A stretch of 64,000 nucleotides of DNA from Myxococcota bacterium (GTDB lineage Bacteria > Myxococcota_A > Polyangia > Nannocystales > Nannocystaceae): the NCBI GenBank assembly GCA_039028615.1, contig JBCCHT010000030.1:92151-156150 (forward strand), written 5' to 3'. How positions within the stretch are numbered: the stretch's first letter is position 1; each line of letters opens with the position of its first letter. The notes beneath the pieces are model-generated. The model worked only from the letters and a program-made list of their open reading frames with translations. It did no database searches and was not told where the DNA came from. The translations under genes and the position numbers were made by a program. Below, in pieces: positions 8,763-18,316 of this stretch.

Positions 8763-11363
8763 TCAGGGCAACGTTTGCAGGAACGCTTCGACCTTCTCCG
8801 CGCTGCGGGGCCGGCCTTGGTCTTTGAACGCATCGCGGGCCGCTTCGCCGATGAGGCGGGCCGCGACCGGGTCGGTCGGGGCGGTTGCGCGGGCGAGGCC
8901 GAAGCGAACGCGAGCAAAATCGAGCGGCGATGCGCCGTCGGTCTCGGCCAGCGACAAGGCCTCGCGCAGGGCATTGCGGCCCGCCTCGTGCTCGCCGCGG
9001 GACAGCTCGGAGTCGCCGATCATGTACAGCCAAGGAATGAGGCCGGAGCCGTCTTCGCCCTGCAATGTGCGACGGATGGCCAGACCGCGTCGTAGATGCT
9101 CGACCGCCTCGGCGTGTCGACCCGAGCGACGCAGGGCCGAGGCGAGGTTGAACGACGCACTGGCGACCTCTTGATGCTTCAGACCCAAGCTGCGCTCACG
9201 GGCCTCGAGGGAGTGCCGTAGGGCTTGCTCGGCTTCGTCTTGGTTGCCTTGCGCGGACAGGGCCGTGCCCAGCGTGCCCCAGACCCGAGCGGTATGCGGG
9301 TGGTCCCGACCCCACGCGCCGTTGGCCCGCTCGAGGGCGTCGCGGAGCTCGGCCACTGCCCGGTCGGGCTGCCCCGCGTAGGTCAGGGCGCGACCGAGGT
9401 TGAGCTTGGCGGAGATCATCGACGGGTGGTGCTCGCCCAGCTGCTCGCCCAGCAAGGCGGCCGCCTGTTCGTGCAGCTCGAGCGCACGTGCGTGGTCGGG
9501 CTCGCGAGCACGCGCCACCGCCGTGGCCAAGTTGCCCAACAGCCGCGCCTCGAGCAGCGGGCGCTGGCCCAAGCCATCGAGCTGCGCCAGCGATTGCTCG
9601 CCCAGCTCGACCGCCTGACTGGTGCGATCGCGATCGGTCCCCAGCACGTAGACGTGATAGATGCGCGCGCGGACTCGGGTGAGAGCGTCGCCCGTGGCCT
9701 CGGCCCCCTCCATGGCTTCGATCAGCGCTCGCTCGGCGGCGTGTTTCTGCCCCACCTTGAGCAACGTGCGAGCCAAGGTCAGCGAGGCCTCCGCCTCGAG
9801 CGAGCGATTGCCCCCCGCCGCCGCCGCCTCGCGTGCCTGTTCGGCCGCGCCCCGCCCCGCGAGTAGCTCTTGCTCGTAGCGGGACGCGCCCTTGGCCGTA
9901 TCGAGCACCGCCAGCGAGCGCCGGGCTCGGCCCAGCGCCGCCTCGGCGTCGTCGAGCTGGGCTCGACGCTCGGCCGTGGGTTCTTCGGCCCAGCTCAGCA
10001 GTCGACGCTCGTCGGCACAGGCACTCAGGTCGGGCAGGCGCGTCGCGGCATGAGCCGCATCGACGACCACCGCTTCGTCCGCCTCGCGCAGCGCTCCGCT
10101 GAGGCCGGCCAGCGCTCGGCGAGCATCTTCGAGGCACCGGGCCCGGCGACTGCCCCCCGCGGTGCCCTCGGTCCGAGCCAGGTCGGCCACACACTGGGTC
10201 CGCGCTTCGTTCACCCAGGTGTCGGCGTAGCCATCGAGACGCGACGAGACGGTTCGCCACACATCGTCCGCATACGCGAGCTCGGTGGACGCCACGCCTC
10301 GCTTCGCCGCCTCGCGCACCTCGTCGTCCCAGACCCCGTCCAGGCGTTCACGCTCCTGGTCGCAGGCTGCCGCCGGGTCCTGCTCGGGGGTCAGCGCTCC
10401 CGCTCCCACCGCTCCCAGCACCCCCGCGATCACCAAGCCACCGCCCACGAGCCACGCGCCTCGTCGCCGCGGGCGGAGCTCGTGCAGCAGGCTCTCCATG
10501 TCCGGCCAGCGCTCGGCCGGGTCGGGGCGAAGCCCTCGCTGCAACGCACGGAAGACATGACGTGGTGCCGCCCCGGCGCGCGGCTCGGTCATGCGCCCGT
10601 GGGTCACCGCCTCCATCAGCGGGCCCATGCGCTCCTCGGTGAAGGGTCGTGCGCCGCACAGCGCCTCCCACAGCGAGACGCAGAAGCTGAACTGATCGCT
10701 GCGCGCGTCGACCGGCTCGCCCTTCCACTGCTCGGGCGACATATAGGCCGGCGTGCCCAGCAGGGTGCCCGTGGTCGTGAGGTTGACTGCCTGCGTCTCG
10801 GGCCGCGGTTCCGGCTCCTCGAGCTCGTCTTCGGTGGGCACGACGGTCTCGCCCTGCTCGCGTGCCAGACCGAAGTCGACCACCCGTGCTCGCCCCTCGG
10901 AATCGACGACCACGTTGTCCGGCTTGAAGTCGCGATGGATGAGTCCCTTCGCGTGCGCGGCCACGAGCCCTCGCCCCGCCTGTTCGAAGAGCGTCAGGAC
11001 CGGTCGCCACGGCCGAGACGCCTCGTCGAGCCACTGCCGAAGATTGCGACCGTCGACCAGCTCCATCGCCACGAACAGGTGCCCGTCCGCCTCGCCGACC
11101 TCGAACACCATCGCCACGTTGGGATGGGCCAGCCGCGCCATCGCCCGCGCTTCTTGGACCAAGCGCGCGCGGGTATTCGCATCGCCCATGCGCTCGGCTC
11201 GCAGCAGCTTGAGCGCCACGTCGCGCTGGAGCTCGGGGTCGTAGGCCCGCACCACGCTGCCCATGCCCCCCGAACCGATCGACCCCTGCACGGCGTAGCG
11301 CCCCACCCGAACCGGGTGAGAGGACTGACCGAAGAGCTGCGCCTCCACGGCCGCCTGCACCAT
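8763..11363 (-). CDS. Ser/Thr protein kinase with C-terminal TPR repeats
   Basis: Hanks kinase motifs GSGGMGSVVRAYD, VALK, HRDFKPDNVVV, DFGLAR, GTPAYMSPEQ. A TM segment and then TPR-like repeats (LGNLATAVA, NLGRALTYAGQ). Start taken at MVQAAVEAQLFG (11363). Confidence 0.9.
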   Translation of the reverse strand: MVQAAVEAQLFGQSSHPVRVGRYAVQGSIGSGGMGSVVRAYDPELQRDVALKLLRAERMGDANTRARLVQEARAMARLAHPNVAMVFEVGEADGHLFVAMELVDGRNLRQWLDEASRPWRPVLTLFEQAGRGLVAAHAKGLIHRDFKPDNVVVDSEGRARVVDFGLAREQGETVVPTEDELEEPEPRPETQAVNLTTTGTLLGTPAYMSPEQWKGEPVDARSDQFSFCVSLWEALCGARPFTEERMGPLMEAVTHGRMTEPRAGAAPRHVFRALQRGLRPDPAERWPDMESLLHELRPRRRGAWLVGGGLVIAGVLGAVGAGALTPEQDPAAACDQERERLDGVWDDEVREAAKRGVASTELAYADDVWRTVSSRLDGYADTWVNEARTQCVADLARTEGTAGGSRRARCLEDARRALAGLSGALREADEAVVVDAAHAATRLPDLSACADERRLLSWAEEPTAERRAQLDDAEAALGRARRSLAVLDTAKGASRYEQELLAGRGAAEQAREAAAAGGNRSLEAEASLTLARTLLKVGQKHAAERALIEAMEGAEATGDALTRVRARIYHVYVLGTDRDRTSQAVELGEQSLAQLDGLGQRPLLEARLLGNLATAVARAREPDHARALELHEQAAALLGEQLGEHHPSMISAKLNLGRALTYAGQPDRAVAELRDALERANGAWGRDHPHTARVWGTLGTALSAQGNQDEAEQALRHSLEARERSLGLKHQEVASASFNLASALRRSGRHAEAVEHLRRGLAIRRTLQGEDGSGLIPWLYMIGDSELSRGEHEAGRNALREALSLAETDGASPLDFARVRFGLARATAPTDPVAARLIGEAARDAFKDQGRPRSAEKVEAFLQTLP

Positions 11364-14136
11364 GCGTAGCTGGAGGTCCACGGCTGGTCGAAAGGGTAGC
11401 AAAACCGATGAGCTACCATCGGGTGGCGCCGTGGATCCGCTGACCGAGCACCGCCTGCTGGCCAAGGTCGAGGAGCGACTCTTCGGCTTCGACCGCGCAC
11501 CGCTGCGGATCGGCCGCTTCGTGGTGCTGGAGCAGGTGGGCTCCGGCGGCATGGGGGTGGTGGTCGCGGCCTACGACGAGGAGCTCGACCGGCGGGTGGC
11601 GATCAAGCTCGTGCGGGGCGGCGGCAACGAGCGCAGCAACGAACGCATCCTGAACGAAGCGCGCGCCCAGGCCCGACTGTCGCATCCCAACGTGGTGCAG
11701 GTGTACGAGGTCGGCACCCACGAGGGGCAGGTGTTCGTGGCCATGGAGTTCGTACGCGGCAAGACCCTGCGCCAGTGGCTACGAGCCCCTCGACCCTGGA
11801 CCGAGATCGTCGACGCCTTCGTGCAAGCGGGTCGAGGGCTCGCGGCGGCGCATGCCGAGGGCATCGTGCACCGCGACTTCAAGCCCGCCAACGCGATCAT
11901 GGGCGCCGACGGACGGGTGCGCGTGCTGGATTTCGGGCTGGCGCTTCAGCACGACACGGACAGCTCGGCCGAGCCTTCGCCGCTTCCTCCCGAGTCGAAC
12001 CCCGGCACACCGCGACCACGGCTCACCCAGACCGGGATGATCATGGGCACGCCCGCCTATATGTCGCCCGAGCAGCGCGTACGCGAGCCCGTCGGTCCCG
12101 CCAGCGACCAATTCAGCTACTGCGTTGCCCTGTACGAGGCGCTCTACGGCGAGCGGCCCTTCCCCGAGGACGAACGCGTGCCCGAGGCCGTACCGCCGCG
12201 GCCGGCTCGTTCACGGGAACGACCCGTGCCCGCACGCCTTCATCCGATCGTGGCCCGGGGACTCGCGCCCGCTCCCGCCGCCCGATGGCCATCGATGGAC
12301 GCGCTGCTGGTCCGTCTGCTCCGGGCCCGCCGTCGTGTCCGCCCGCGCGGCGTCGTGGTGCTGGGGCTGGCCCTCGTCACTGGGGCTCTGGGTTATGCCG
12401 CCGCCCGACCCAGCGGCGACTCGAGCTGCCACGACGCCCGCGAGGAGCATCTGGTCGGCACCTGGGATCCCGCCATGCGCGAACGGCTGGAGTCGGCGAT
12501 GGCCGAGGGCGACCCGCCCATCCCCGCCGAGACCACCGCGCGGCTGCACGAGCGCCTGGACGCCCAAGCCGACGCCTGGGGTGACCTCTACGAGCGCCAG
12601 TGCATCGCCGGGCAGCGCGGCGAGCTGTCCACCGCGGTGCGCGATCGTTCGCTGGCCTGCCTGCAGCGGGAACGCCTGCGCCTGCAGCAACGCGTGCTCA
12701 CCATCGAGCTCCAGGGCCCGTCCGTATGGACCCGCGCGGTGCAAGCCGTACCCGCTCCCGCGCAGCTCGCTCACTGTGCCAACCCCCTGGTGCTGCCCCC
12801 AACCGACTCCGCGTCGGAGCGAGCGCTCACCGTCGATCTGTTTCGTGCCGAGGCGCTCAGCGAACTCGGAGACTTCGGCCCCGCCCTCGAGATCGCACGA
12901 GCCGTGGAGCATCGCGCCGACGGTCAGGACCAGGGTTCGCTCCGCGCCGAAGCACTGTTGCTGGTCGCCGAGCTTCAGCTCGAGACGGGGAAGCCCGAAG
13001 ACGCCGAGGCGGCCGCCAGCGCGGCGCTGACCCTCGCCGAAGCCGAGGGCAACGACATGCTCGCCGCCCAGAGCCTCGTGCAACGAGCCTATGGCGTCGG
13101 CTATCACCAGGCACGACCCGAGGAGGGTCTTCGTTGGGCCGAGCTGGCCCACGCCAAGCTCCGTCGCCTCGAGCTGGGCAACGAGACCATTGCGGCCGAG
13201 CTCGAATCGGTGACCGGGGCCATCCATGCCTCTCGGGGCGAGTTCTCGTCCGCGGAGCGGGCCTTCGAGCGCTCCTTGTCGTTGTGGGAGCAAAGCGGGG
13301 GCCTCGGGTCGACCCGTGCCGCTTCGACCCTCGACAACCTGGGACACATGGCCGCGCGACTCGGACGCACCGATCGAGCCGAAGAGCACTACCTGCAGGC
13401 GCTGGCTCTCCGCGAGCAACGACTGGGGCCCGGACATCCCGACCTCGCGCGCTCCCTGCTCGCCCTCGGCAACCTCTACGACGACCGCGGACAGCCCCAA
13501 CGCGCGATCGAGACCTTCAACCGCGCCCTCGCTGTCCAGGAGGCTTCCCTGGGCCCGACCCACCCCGAGGTCGCCGTCACCTACAACAGCCTCGGGGTCA
13601 GCGCGATGACCCAGCAGGACTGGCCCGAAGCCCGCAGCAAGTTCGAGCGCGCCATCGCCATCCTCGAGCGCGGGCAGACCGTTCATCCCCACCTGGCGTT
13701 TGCCCTCCTCAACGCAGCCAACGTGGCGCAGGAGCTCGACGACGACCCGCTGGCCACCGCCCACCTGCGACGTGTGCTCGAGATCGCCGAGCAGCTGGGC
13801 GAGCCCGACGGGCAGCTCGCCGCCAATGCCAGCTCGAGCCTGGGACGAATCGAGCTGTTTGCCGATCGGTGCCAAACCGCGGAGCCACTGCTCATACGGG
13901 CATTGGCGCTGCGCGAGGCCAACGAGGCGAGCCCGGCTCGCATCGCCAACGCCCAGCTGGACCTGGCGACCGTACTGTGGAACGAAGCGTGCGGACGCAC
14001 CGAGCCAAGCCCGCGAGCGCATGCGCTGGCCACCGTGGCGCTTCAGACCTACGAGCGACTCGGCGAAGCGCATGCCGACGAGCTCGAGCGGGCGCGAGAG
14101 TGGCTCGCCGACCACCCCCTGCCGCCGGCTCGCTGA
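11362..14136 (+). CDS. Ser/Thr protein kinase with C-terminal TPR repeats (paralog of the divergent neighbour)
   Basis: GSGGMGVVVAAYD, AIKL, HRDFKPANAIM, DFGLAL, GTPAYMSPEQ. C-terminal TPR (LDNLGHMAARLGR, YNSLGVSAMTQQDW). ATG at 11362 overlaps the divergent gene's ATG. An in-frame GTG at ~11431 is an alternative start. Confidence 0.9.
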   Translation: MRSWRSTAGRKGSKTDELPSGGAVDPLTEHRLLAKVEERLFGFDRAPLRIGRFVVLEQVGSGGMGVVVAAYDEELDRRVAIKLVRGGGNERSNERILNEARAQARLSHPNVVQVYEVGTHEGQVFVAMEFVRGKTLRQWLRAPRPWTEIVDAFVQAGRGLAAAHAEGIVHRDFKPANAIMGADGRVRVLDFGLALQHDTDSSAEPSPLPPESNPGTPRPRLTQTGMIMGTPAYMSPEQRVREPVGPASDQFSYCVALYEALYGERPFPEDERVPEAVPPRPARSRERPVPARLHPIVARGLAPAPAARWPSMDALLVRLLRARRRVRPRGVVVLGLALVTGALGYAAARPSGDSSCHDAREEHLVGTWDPAMRERLESAMAEGDPPIPAETTARLHERLDAQADAWGDLYERQCIAGQRGELSTAVRDRSLACLQRERLRLQQRVLTIELQGPSVWTRAVQAVPAPAQLAHCANPLVLPPTDSASERALTVDLFRAEALSELGDFGPALEIARAVEHRADGQDQGSLRAEALLLVAELQLETGKPEDAEAAASAALTLAEAEGNDMLAAQSLVQRAYGVGYHQARPEEGLRWAELAHAKLRRLELGNETIAAELESVTGAIHASRGEFSSAERAFERSLSLWEQSGGLGSTRAASTLDNLGHMAARLGRTDRAEEHYLQALALREQRLGPGHPDLARSLLALGNLYDDRGQPQRAIETFNRALAVQEASLGPTHPEVAVTYNSLGVSAMTQQDWPEARSKFERAIAILERGQTVHPHLAFALLNAANVAQELDDDPLATAHLRRVLEIAEQLGEPDGQLAANASSSLGRIELFADRCQTAEPLLIRALALREANEASPARIANAQLDLATVLWNEACGRTEPSPRAHALATVALQTYERLGEAHADELERAREWLADHPLPPAR

Positions 14137-14151
14137 GCTCCGCCCGCGGCG

Positions 14152-16173
14152 CTACTCGCCCCGGCCCGGGTGCGGCCGGGCCTGCTTGATGAACAGGGCC
14201 GGTTCTTCCCCGGGCTCGCCGTCGAACTTGAACTCCACGTCCATCGCGTACCAGACGGTGGGGTCGTTGTCGGCCGGGCCGTAGGCTTCGCGGAAGTGGT
14301 TGTGGATGTCGGCGAGCTTGCGGCCGAGCTCGTTGACCTGCGCGGGGGTGAGCACCGATTCACCGGGCAGCGTGAGGCTGGAGTTGGTGATGTACACCGT
14401 GGGCTGACCCGGCAGGTCGTAGTGATAGATGAACTGGTCGGTGGTCACGCCCGGCTCGGGCTGGACGACCGAGGCCTCGCCCTGCTGCACGTTGACGTAA
14501 AAGCCCGGCTCGATGCCCGCGGTGTCGTAGGGGTTGGCGGTCAGGGCGACGCCGTTGGCCTCCTCGTCGGGGAAGGAGCGATGCACGAGCAGAGCCATGC
14601 CGACGGCGGTGTGATCGATGCTGCGATAGCTCCGCTCCTCGAAGGCGCGGAAGAACCACACGCTGGACCAGACGGTACGCACCGCATCGAGGACGGGCGA
14701 CTCGGGATCGGCGATCTCGCCGCTTCGGGAGGTGTACAGGCCCGCCCCGGTGAAGCCGTCGAGGTCCTCGGCGTTCGTGCTGGACCGGAAGCGCATGCGG
14801 ATACCCGGGTACTCGGTCTCGAGCTTGTCGAGCAGCAGCGCTTCGAAGTCGGGATTGACGGGCGCGACCTCCATGGCGTCCCGCAGCTCCTCGAGCATCA
14901 TGTCGCGCACGGCCGGGTCGTCGACGAACTGGGGATCGGCGAGCATCTCGTCGACCCGCTCGTTGAAGCCGTTCTCCTCCATGAACTGGAGGTAGTAGTG
15001 GATGGGGATCGAGAAGGCCTTGGGCGCGGGCATGTCCTCGATTCGAGCGAGCGCGCCGTAGTGACTGGCCTTGCCGCCGAACGCGGGGATTCCGGCCTTG
15101 ACCGCGTCGTAGATCGGCAGCTCGGGATCGATGATGTCCTCGACGTCGCGCAGATCGGTGACGGTGTCGTCGATGGCGGGCACGCCGACGGCCTCGGGCC
15201 GATTCGCCTCCCACCAGGCATCGGCCTCCTCTTTGGTGACCTGAGTGACCTCGTAGTCGAGCGCGTTGACGTCGAGCCGCACCCACTGGCCGTCGAGCGC
15301 CCGCAGGTCTTCGTCCTCGTGGGCGTCCCGCAGCCCCATGTTGGGGGTGCCGCGGTTCTGCGACAGCACGTTGATGTGCGACAGCGGGGTCTGGAACTCG
15401 CCGGTGATGATGCCCGTGACGACGGAGATGTCGTTGGGCACGGCATCGAGCACGACGATGTCGCGGAAGGTGACGTACTCGGTCTCGAGCTGCTGGGCGG
15501 TCATGAAGCGCAGACGACCGAGGCTCTCCCCGAGGTTGAGGGGCTGATAGTCGGTGCCCGCGTAGAGTTCGTCGGTGGTGATGATCTTGACGTCGTCGGG
15601 GAGGTTGGCGGCCTCGGTCTCCACCGCCACCGATGTGGGATGGAAGTACAGCTGCTCGCCGAAGAACGACGACTTGACGATCTCGTAGTAGGTCTGGGCG
15701 ATGAGATCGGCGGTGGCGGTGTCGTAGGGCGAGATCTCGTAGACCCAGACGGCGGGGCCCTCGTAGTACGTCACCGCGCCCAGGGCAAAGCGCCGACTGG
15801 GCGAGTAGTACTCGACGCTGTTGAAGTCGGCGAGCGAGCCCACGATGGGCAGCCCGTTGCCCGACAGGTTGGTGGAGACGAAGTCGTAGTGGACCTGGTA
15901 GCGGTTGCTGTTCTGAAAGTAGAGCGTGTTGTCGTCGAAGCGGTCGAGGACCGTCTTGACCGACATCGCCCCGGGCGTGGTGGCGTCGAGCGGGGGCGAG
16001 GCCACCACGCGGAAGTCGGCGTCACAGCCGATCTGCGCCGTGAAGTCGACGTCCTCCCCGTCGGGGATCACACAGCTCCACGCGGGGCCGTCGTCGCCAC
16101 CGCAGCCGAGGGTGGCCACGGTGGAGGTCGCGGCGAGAAGACACAGCGCCAGGGTCGATCGAAGGTCGAACAT
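14152..16173 (-). CDS. lipoprotein with PEP-synthase/pyruvate-phosphate-dikinase-type N-terminal ATP-binding (PPDK_N-like) domain
   Basis: Lipoprotein signal MFDLRSTLALCLLAATSTVATLGCGG. PPDK_N-like motifs FGGKASHYGALARIE, MRFRSSTNAEDLDGFTGAGLY and VWSSVWFFRAFEERSYR. Confidence 0.6.
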   Translation of the reverse strand: MFDLRSTLALCLLAATSTVATLGCGGDDGPAWSCVIPDGEDVDFTAQIGCDADFRVVASPPLDATTPGAMSVKTVLDRFDDNTLYFQNSNRYQVHYDFVSTNLSGNGLPIVGSLADFNSVEYYSPSRRFALGAVTYYEGPAVWVYEISPYDTATADLIAQTYYEIVKSSFFGEQLYFHPTSVAVETEAANLPDDVKIITTDELYAGTDYQPLNLGESLGRLRFMTAQQLETEYVTFRDIVVLDAVPNDISVVTGIITGEFQTPLSHINVLSQNRGTPNMGLRDAHEDEDLRALDGQWVRLDVNALDYEVTQVTKEEADAWWEANRPEAVGVPAIDDTVTDLRDVEDIIDPELPIYDAVKAGIPAFGGKASHYGALARIEDMPAPKAFSIPIHYYLQFMEENGFNERVDEMLADPQFVDDPAVRDMMLEELRDAMEVAPVNPDFEALLLDKLETEYPGIRMRFRSSTNAEDLDGFTGAGLYTSRSGEIADPESPVLDAVRTVWSSVWFFRAFEERSYRSIDHTAVGMALLVHRSFPDEEANGVALTANPYDTAGIEPGFYVNVQQGEASVVQPEPGVTTDQFIYHYDLPGQPTVYITNSSLTLPGESVLTPAQVNELGRKLADIHNHFREAYGPADNDPTVWYAMDVEFKFDGEPGEEPALFIKQARPHPGRGE

Positions 16174-16192
16174 GCGGTCCTCGGGCTCGGGC

Positions 16193-17140
16193 TCAGGGGT
16201 TCAGCGCGAAGCAGTAGAAGCCACCGTAGCCGCCGCCACAGCCCACTCCGCTGCCACCACCACAGTCGGCCCCGGTCTGCTCGAGGTGGACGAGCGCCTC
16301 ACAGCCGTTGCCGTGTCGACCCACGAACACCCAGCTCTGACCGCTCATGGCCGGCCACGAGTGACCCATGGCGGGCGGATCCTGGCCCGGCTCGGCGCTG
16401 GTGAAGTCTTGGCAGGTGCTCAGCGCCCCGCCGCCCATCGGGCCCATGCCGTTGGCCTCGAGCACCAGACGCCCGTCGGGCCCGGAGGCGGTCATGGTGT
16501 CGTGGTTGTCGAGGAACTCGCCCTCGGGCGCGCTGTTGGGCACGCCCCACTCGTTGGGCAGGTCATCGGCCAAGGCCGGGTCGCCCGCGGGGCGCTCTTG
16601 CAGCAGGCCCGCGAGGTCCTCGGCCACGAGTCGACCGTTGCGGTCGTACCAGGGGCCCTCGCCGATGCGGTCGATGGCGTCGCCCTCGGAGGTGCTCAAG
16701 AAGGCACGCCACTCCTTGGTGGCCGAGCCCGGCATCGACATCTCGGCCAAGACCTCGCAGATCCGGTCCGCGCCCTCGCGCCCGATGAAGCCGTCGTAGC
16801 TGAGGTTGCCGCCGAAGCCCTGGGGGTTGCCGGACAGCTCCTGGAGACCGGCGAGGCTGGTCATGAAGAAGCTGAAGTCGTCCAGCTCGGGGGGAGCGGT
16901 GTCCGAGCTCTCGTCCACGGAGGGGTTGGTATCGGTGGAGTCTCCGCTACCGACCGCGCTGGTGGCCACGTCGGTGTCGCCGTCGTCGGTGGCCGCGTCG
17001 TCGTTGCTGGTGGCCGCGCTGGGGCTGGTGTCGCCGGCCGAGCCGGCTTGGGCTCCGTCGTCGGTCGACGAGTCGTCACCGCAGGCCAGCGGCGAGAGAG
17101 CCAGGCAGGCACCCGCGAGCAGGGGGGTCAGGCGATTCAT
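16193..17140 (-). CDS. lipoprotein, acidic linker and Cys/Gly-rich C-terminus, unknown function
   Basis: MNRLTPLLAGACLALSPLACGDD lipobox, D/S/T-rich linker, C-terminal GNGCEALVHLEQTGADCGGGSGVGCGGGYGGFYCF. The start may be 21 nt upstream (MTLPTFDM). Confidence 0.5.
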   Translation of the reverse strand: MNRLTPLLAGACLALSPLACGDDSSTDDGAQAGSAGDTSPSAATSNDDAATDDGDTDVATSAVGSGDSTDTNPSVDESSDTAPPELDDFSFFMTSLAGLQELSGNPQGFGGNLSYDGFIGREGADRICEVLAEMSMPGSATKEWRAFLSTSEGDAIDRIGEGPWYDRNGRLVAEDLAGLLQERPAGDPALADDLPNEWGVPNSAPEGEFLDNHDTMTASGPDGRLVLEANGMGPMGGGALSTCQDFTSAEPGQDPPAMGHSWPAMSGQSWVFVGRHGNGCEALVHLEQTGADCGGGSGVGCGGGYGGFYCFALNP

Positions 17141-17171
17141 GTCGAAGGTCGGCAAGGTCATGGGTCGTTGG

Positions 17172-18179
17172 CTATCCACAGGTGAGATCGCTTTGGCAGG
17201 TCTGACCGTCGGGACAGTCGGCAGACGTACTGCAGGAATCGAGGCCATCGATGACGACGGCGAGCGAGGCCGAGCTGGGGGCGACGGTGAGGTCGAAGCA
17301 GCGGCCCCCGACGTCGGCCGAGTCGATGGTGCGACGGGTGACCCGCAGCTCGGGGAAGCCGGCCACGCCGTAGTCGATGAGCTGATTGACGAGCGACGCG
17401 GGGATCTCGAACGAGCCGGTGTCCGCGGTGTCACACTCGATGGTCGCGGGCGAGCCCCCGTGGTGACCGATGTCGAGGTCGAGGTGGACCTCGGTGAGGT
17501 CGGGATCGGCGGGCGCCACCCAGCTCAGCGAGACGGGCTGGTCGCGCACGACGGTGATGTCTCCGCCCGAGATCTCGAAGGGCTCACTGCCCACGCCCCG
17601 CAGCGAGAATCCATCGGCCCCCGCTCCCCCTGCCGCTTGGAGCGAGACCTCGGTCCCCGCCATGAAGCCCGGGTGCGGCAGCTCGTCGAGGTTGAGATAG
17701 AAGTTGGTGACGTTGGGCTCCATGGTGATCGCGGCGGTCAGGCCCGAGATGGTCACGTTGCCCACCTCGACCGCGACCGGCTTGGCCACACAGGCGAGAT
17801 CCGCAGTGCAGATTTCCGTAGCCCCGCACGCCGGGTCGCAGAAGTGGTTTTCATTGACCAACAGCCGACAGTCGCCCTCGGCATCGAGCTCGGCTTTCGG
17901 CGCAGGGTTGGCCGCATCGAAGACCTGGCCTTCGACCTGCGTGTAGCCGTCCTCGAGCTGAACGGTGAAGCCTCCCGCCCGCAGGGCCGAGCCGCAGGGT
18001 GCATTGGCGAACTCGCCCTCGCCCCCCTCGGCCCCCGTGTCCATCGTTTCGTCGCCCGCGGCGTCGGTCGTTGCCTCGGCATCCCCCTCGGCGCCTTCGC
18101 AGGCCGCCAGCAGCCCAATGGAGGCCAAAACGGTCGATCCGAGCGTCCTAACCGCGAAACGCCAACGAAGTACAGGCAT
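17172..18179 (-). CDS. lipoprotein, Cys-containing secreted domain, unknown function
   Basis: MPVLRWRFAVRTLGSTVLASIGLLAACEG lipobox. Paired cysteines occur throughout. Same strand as the two lipoprotein genes downstream, suggesting an operon. Confidence 0.5.
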   Translation of the reverse strand: MPVLRWRFAVRTLGSTVLASIGLLAACEGAEGDAEATTDAAGDETMDTGAEGGEGEFANAPCGSALRAGGFTVQLEDGYTQVEGQVFDAANPAPKAELDAEGDCRLLVNENHFCDPACGATEICTADLACVAKPVAVEVGNVTISGLTAAITMEPNVTNFYLNLDELPHPGFMAGTEVSLQAAGGAGADGFSLRGVGSEPFEISGGDITVVRDQPVSLSWVAPADPDLTEVHLDLDIGHHGGSPATIECDTADTGSFEIPASLVNQLIDYGVAGFPELRVTRRTIDSADVGGRCFDLTVAPSSASLAVVIDGLDSCSTSADCPDGQTCQSDLTCG

Positions 18180-18316
18180 TAGGGAAAGTAGATAGACCAC
18201 TCCATGGGCGATGGGTTGCACCTTTGCTCGGCGTTTACGTCGGAGTCGACTTGCACCAACGATTCCGCTGATGATCCGGCCGTGCCACAATCCGCCCTGG
18301 CCGGCACGAGACGATC

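Noticed and set aside
14170-16404. Long antisense ORFs opposite clear genes
   Set aside because: G/V/R/D/A-rich junk-like translations with no motifs. These are typical shadow ORFs of 70% GC DNA; each opposite-strand gene has signal peptides or family motifs. Other examples: 16806-18182 +, 24433-25974 -, 33055-34275 -, 35094-36848 +, 37259-38794 +, 43422-44711 -, 47734-50124 -, 51424-53307 -, 56393-57928 +.
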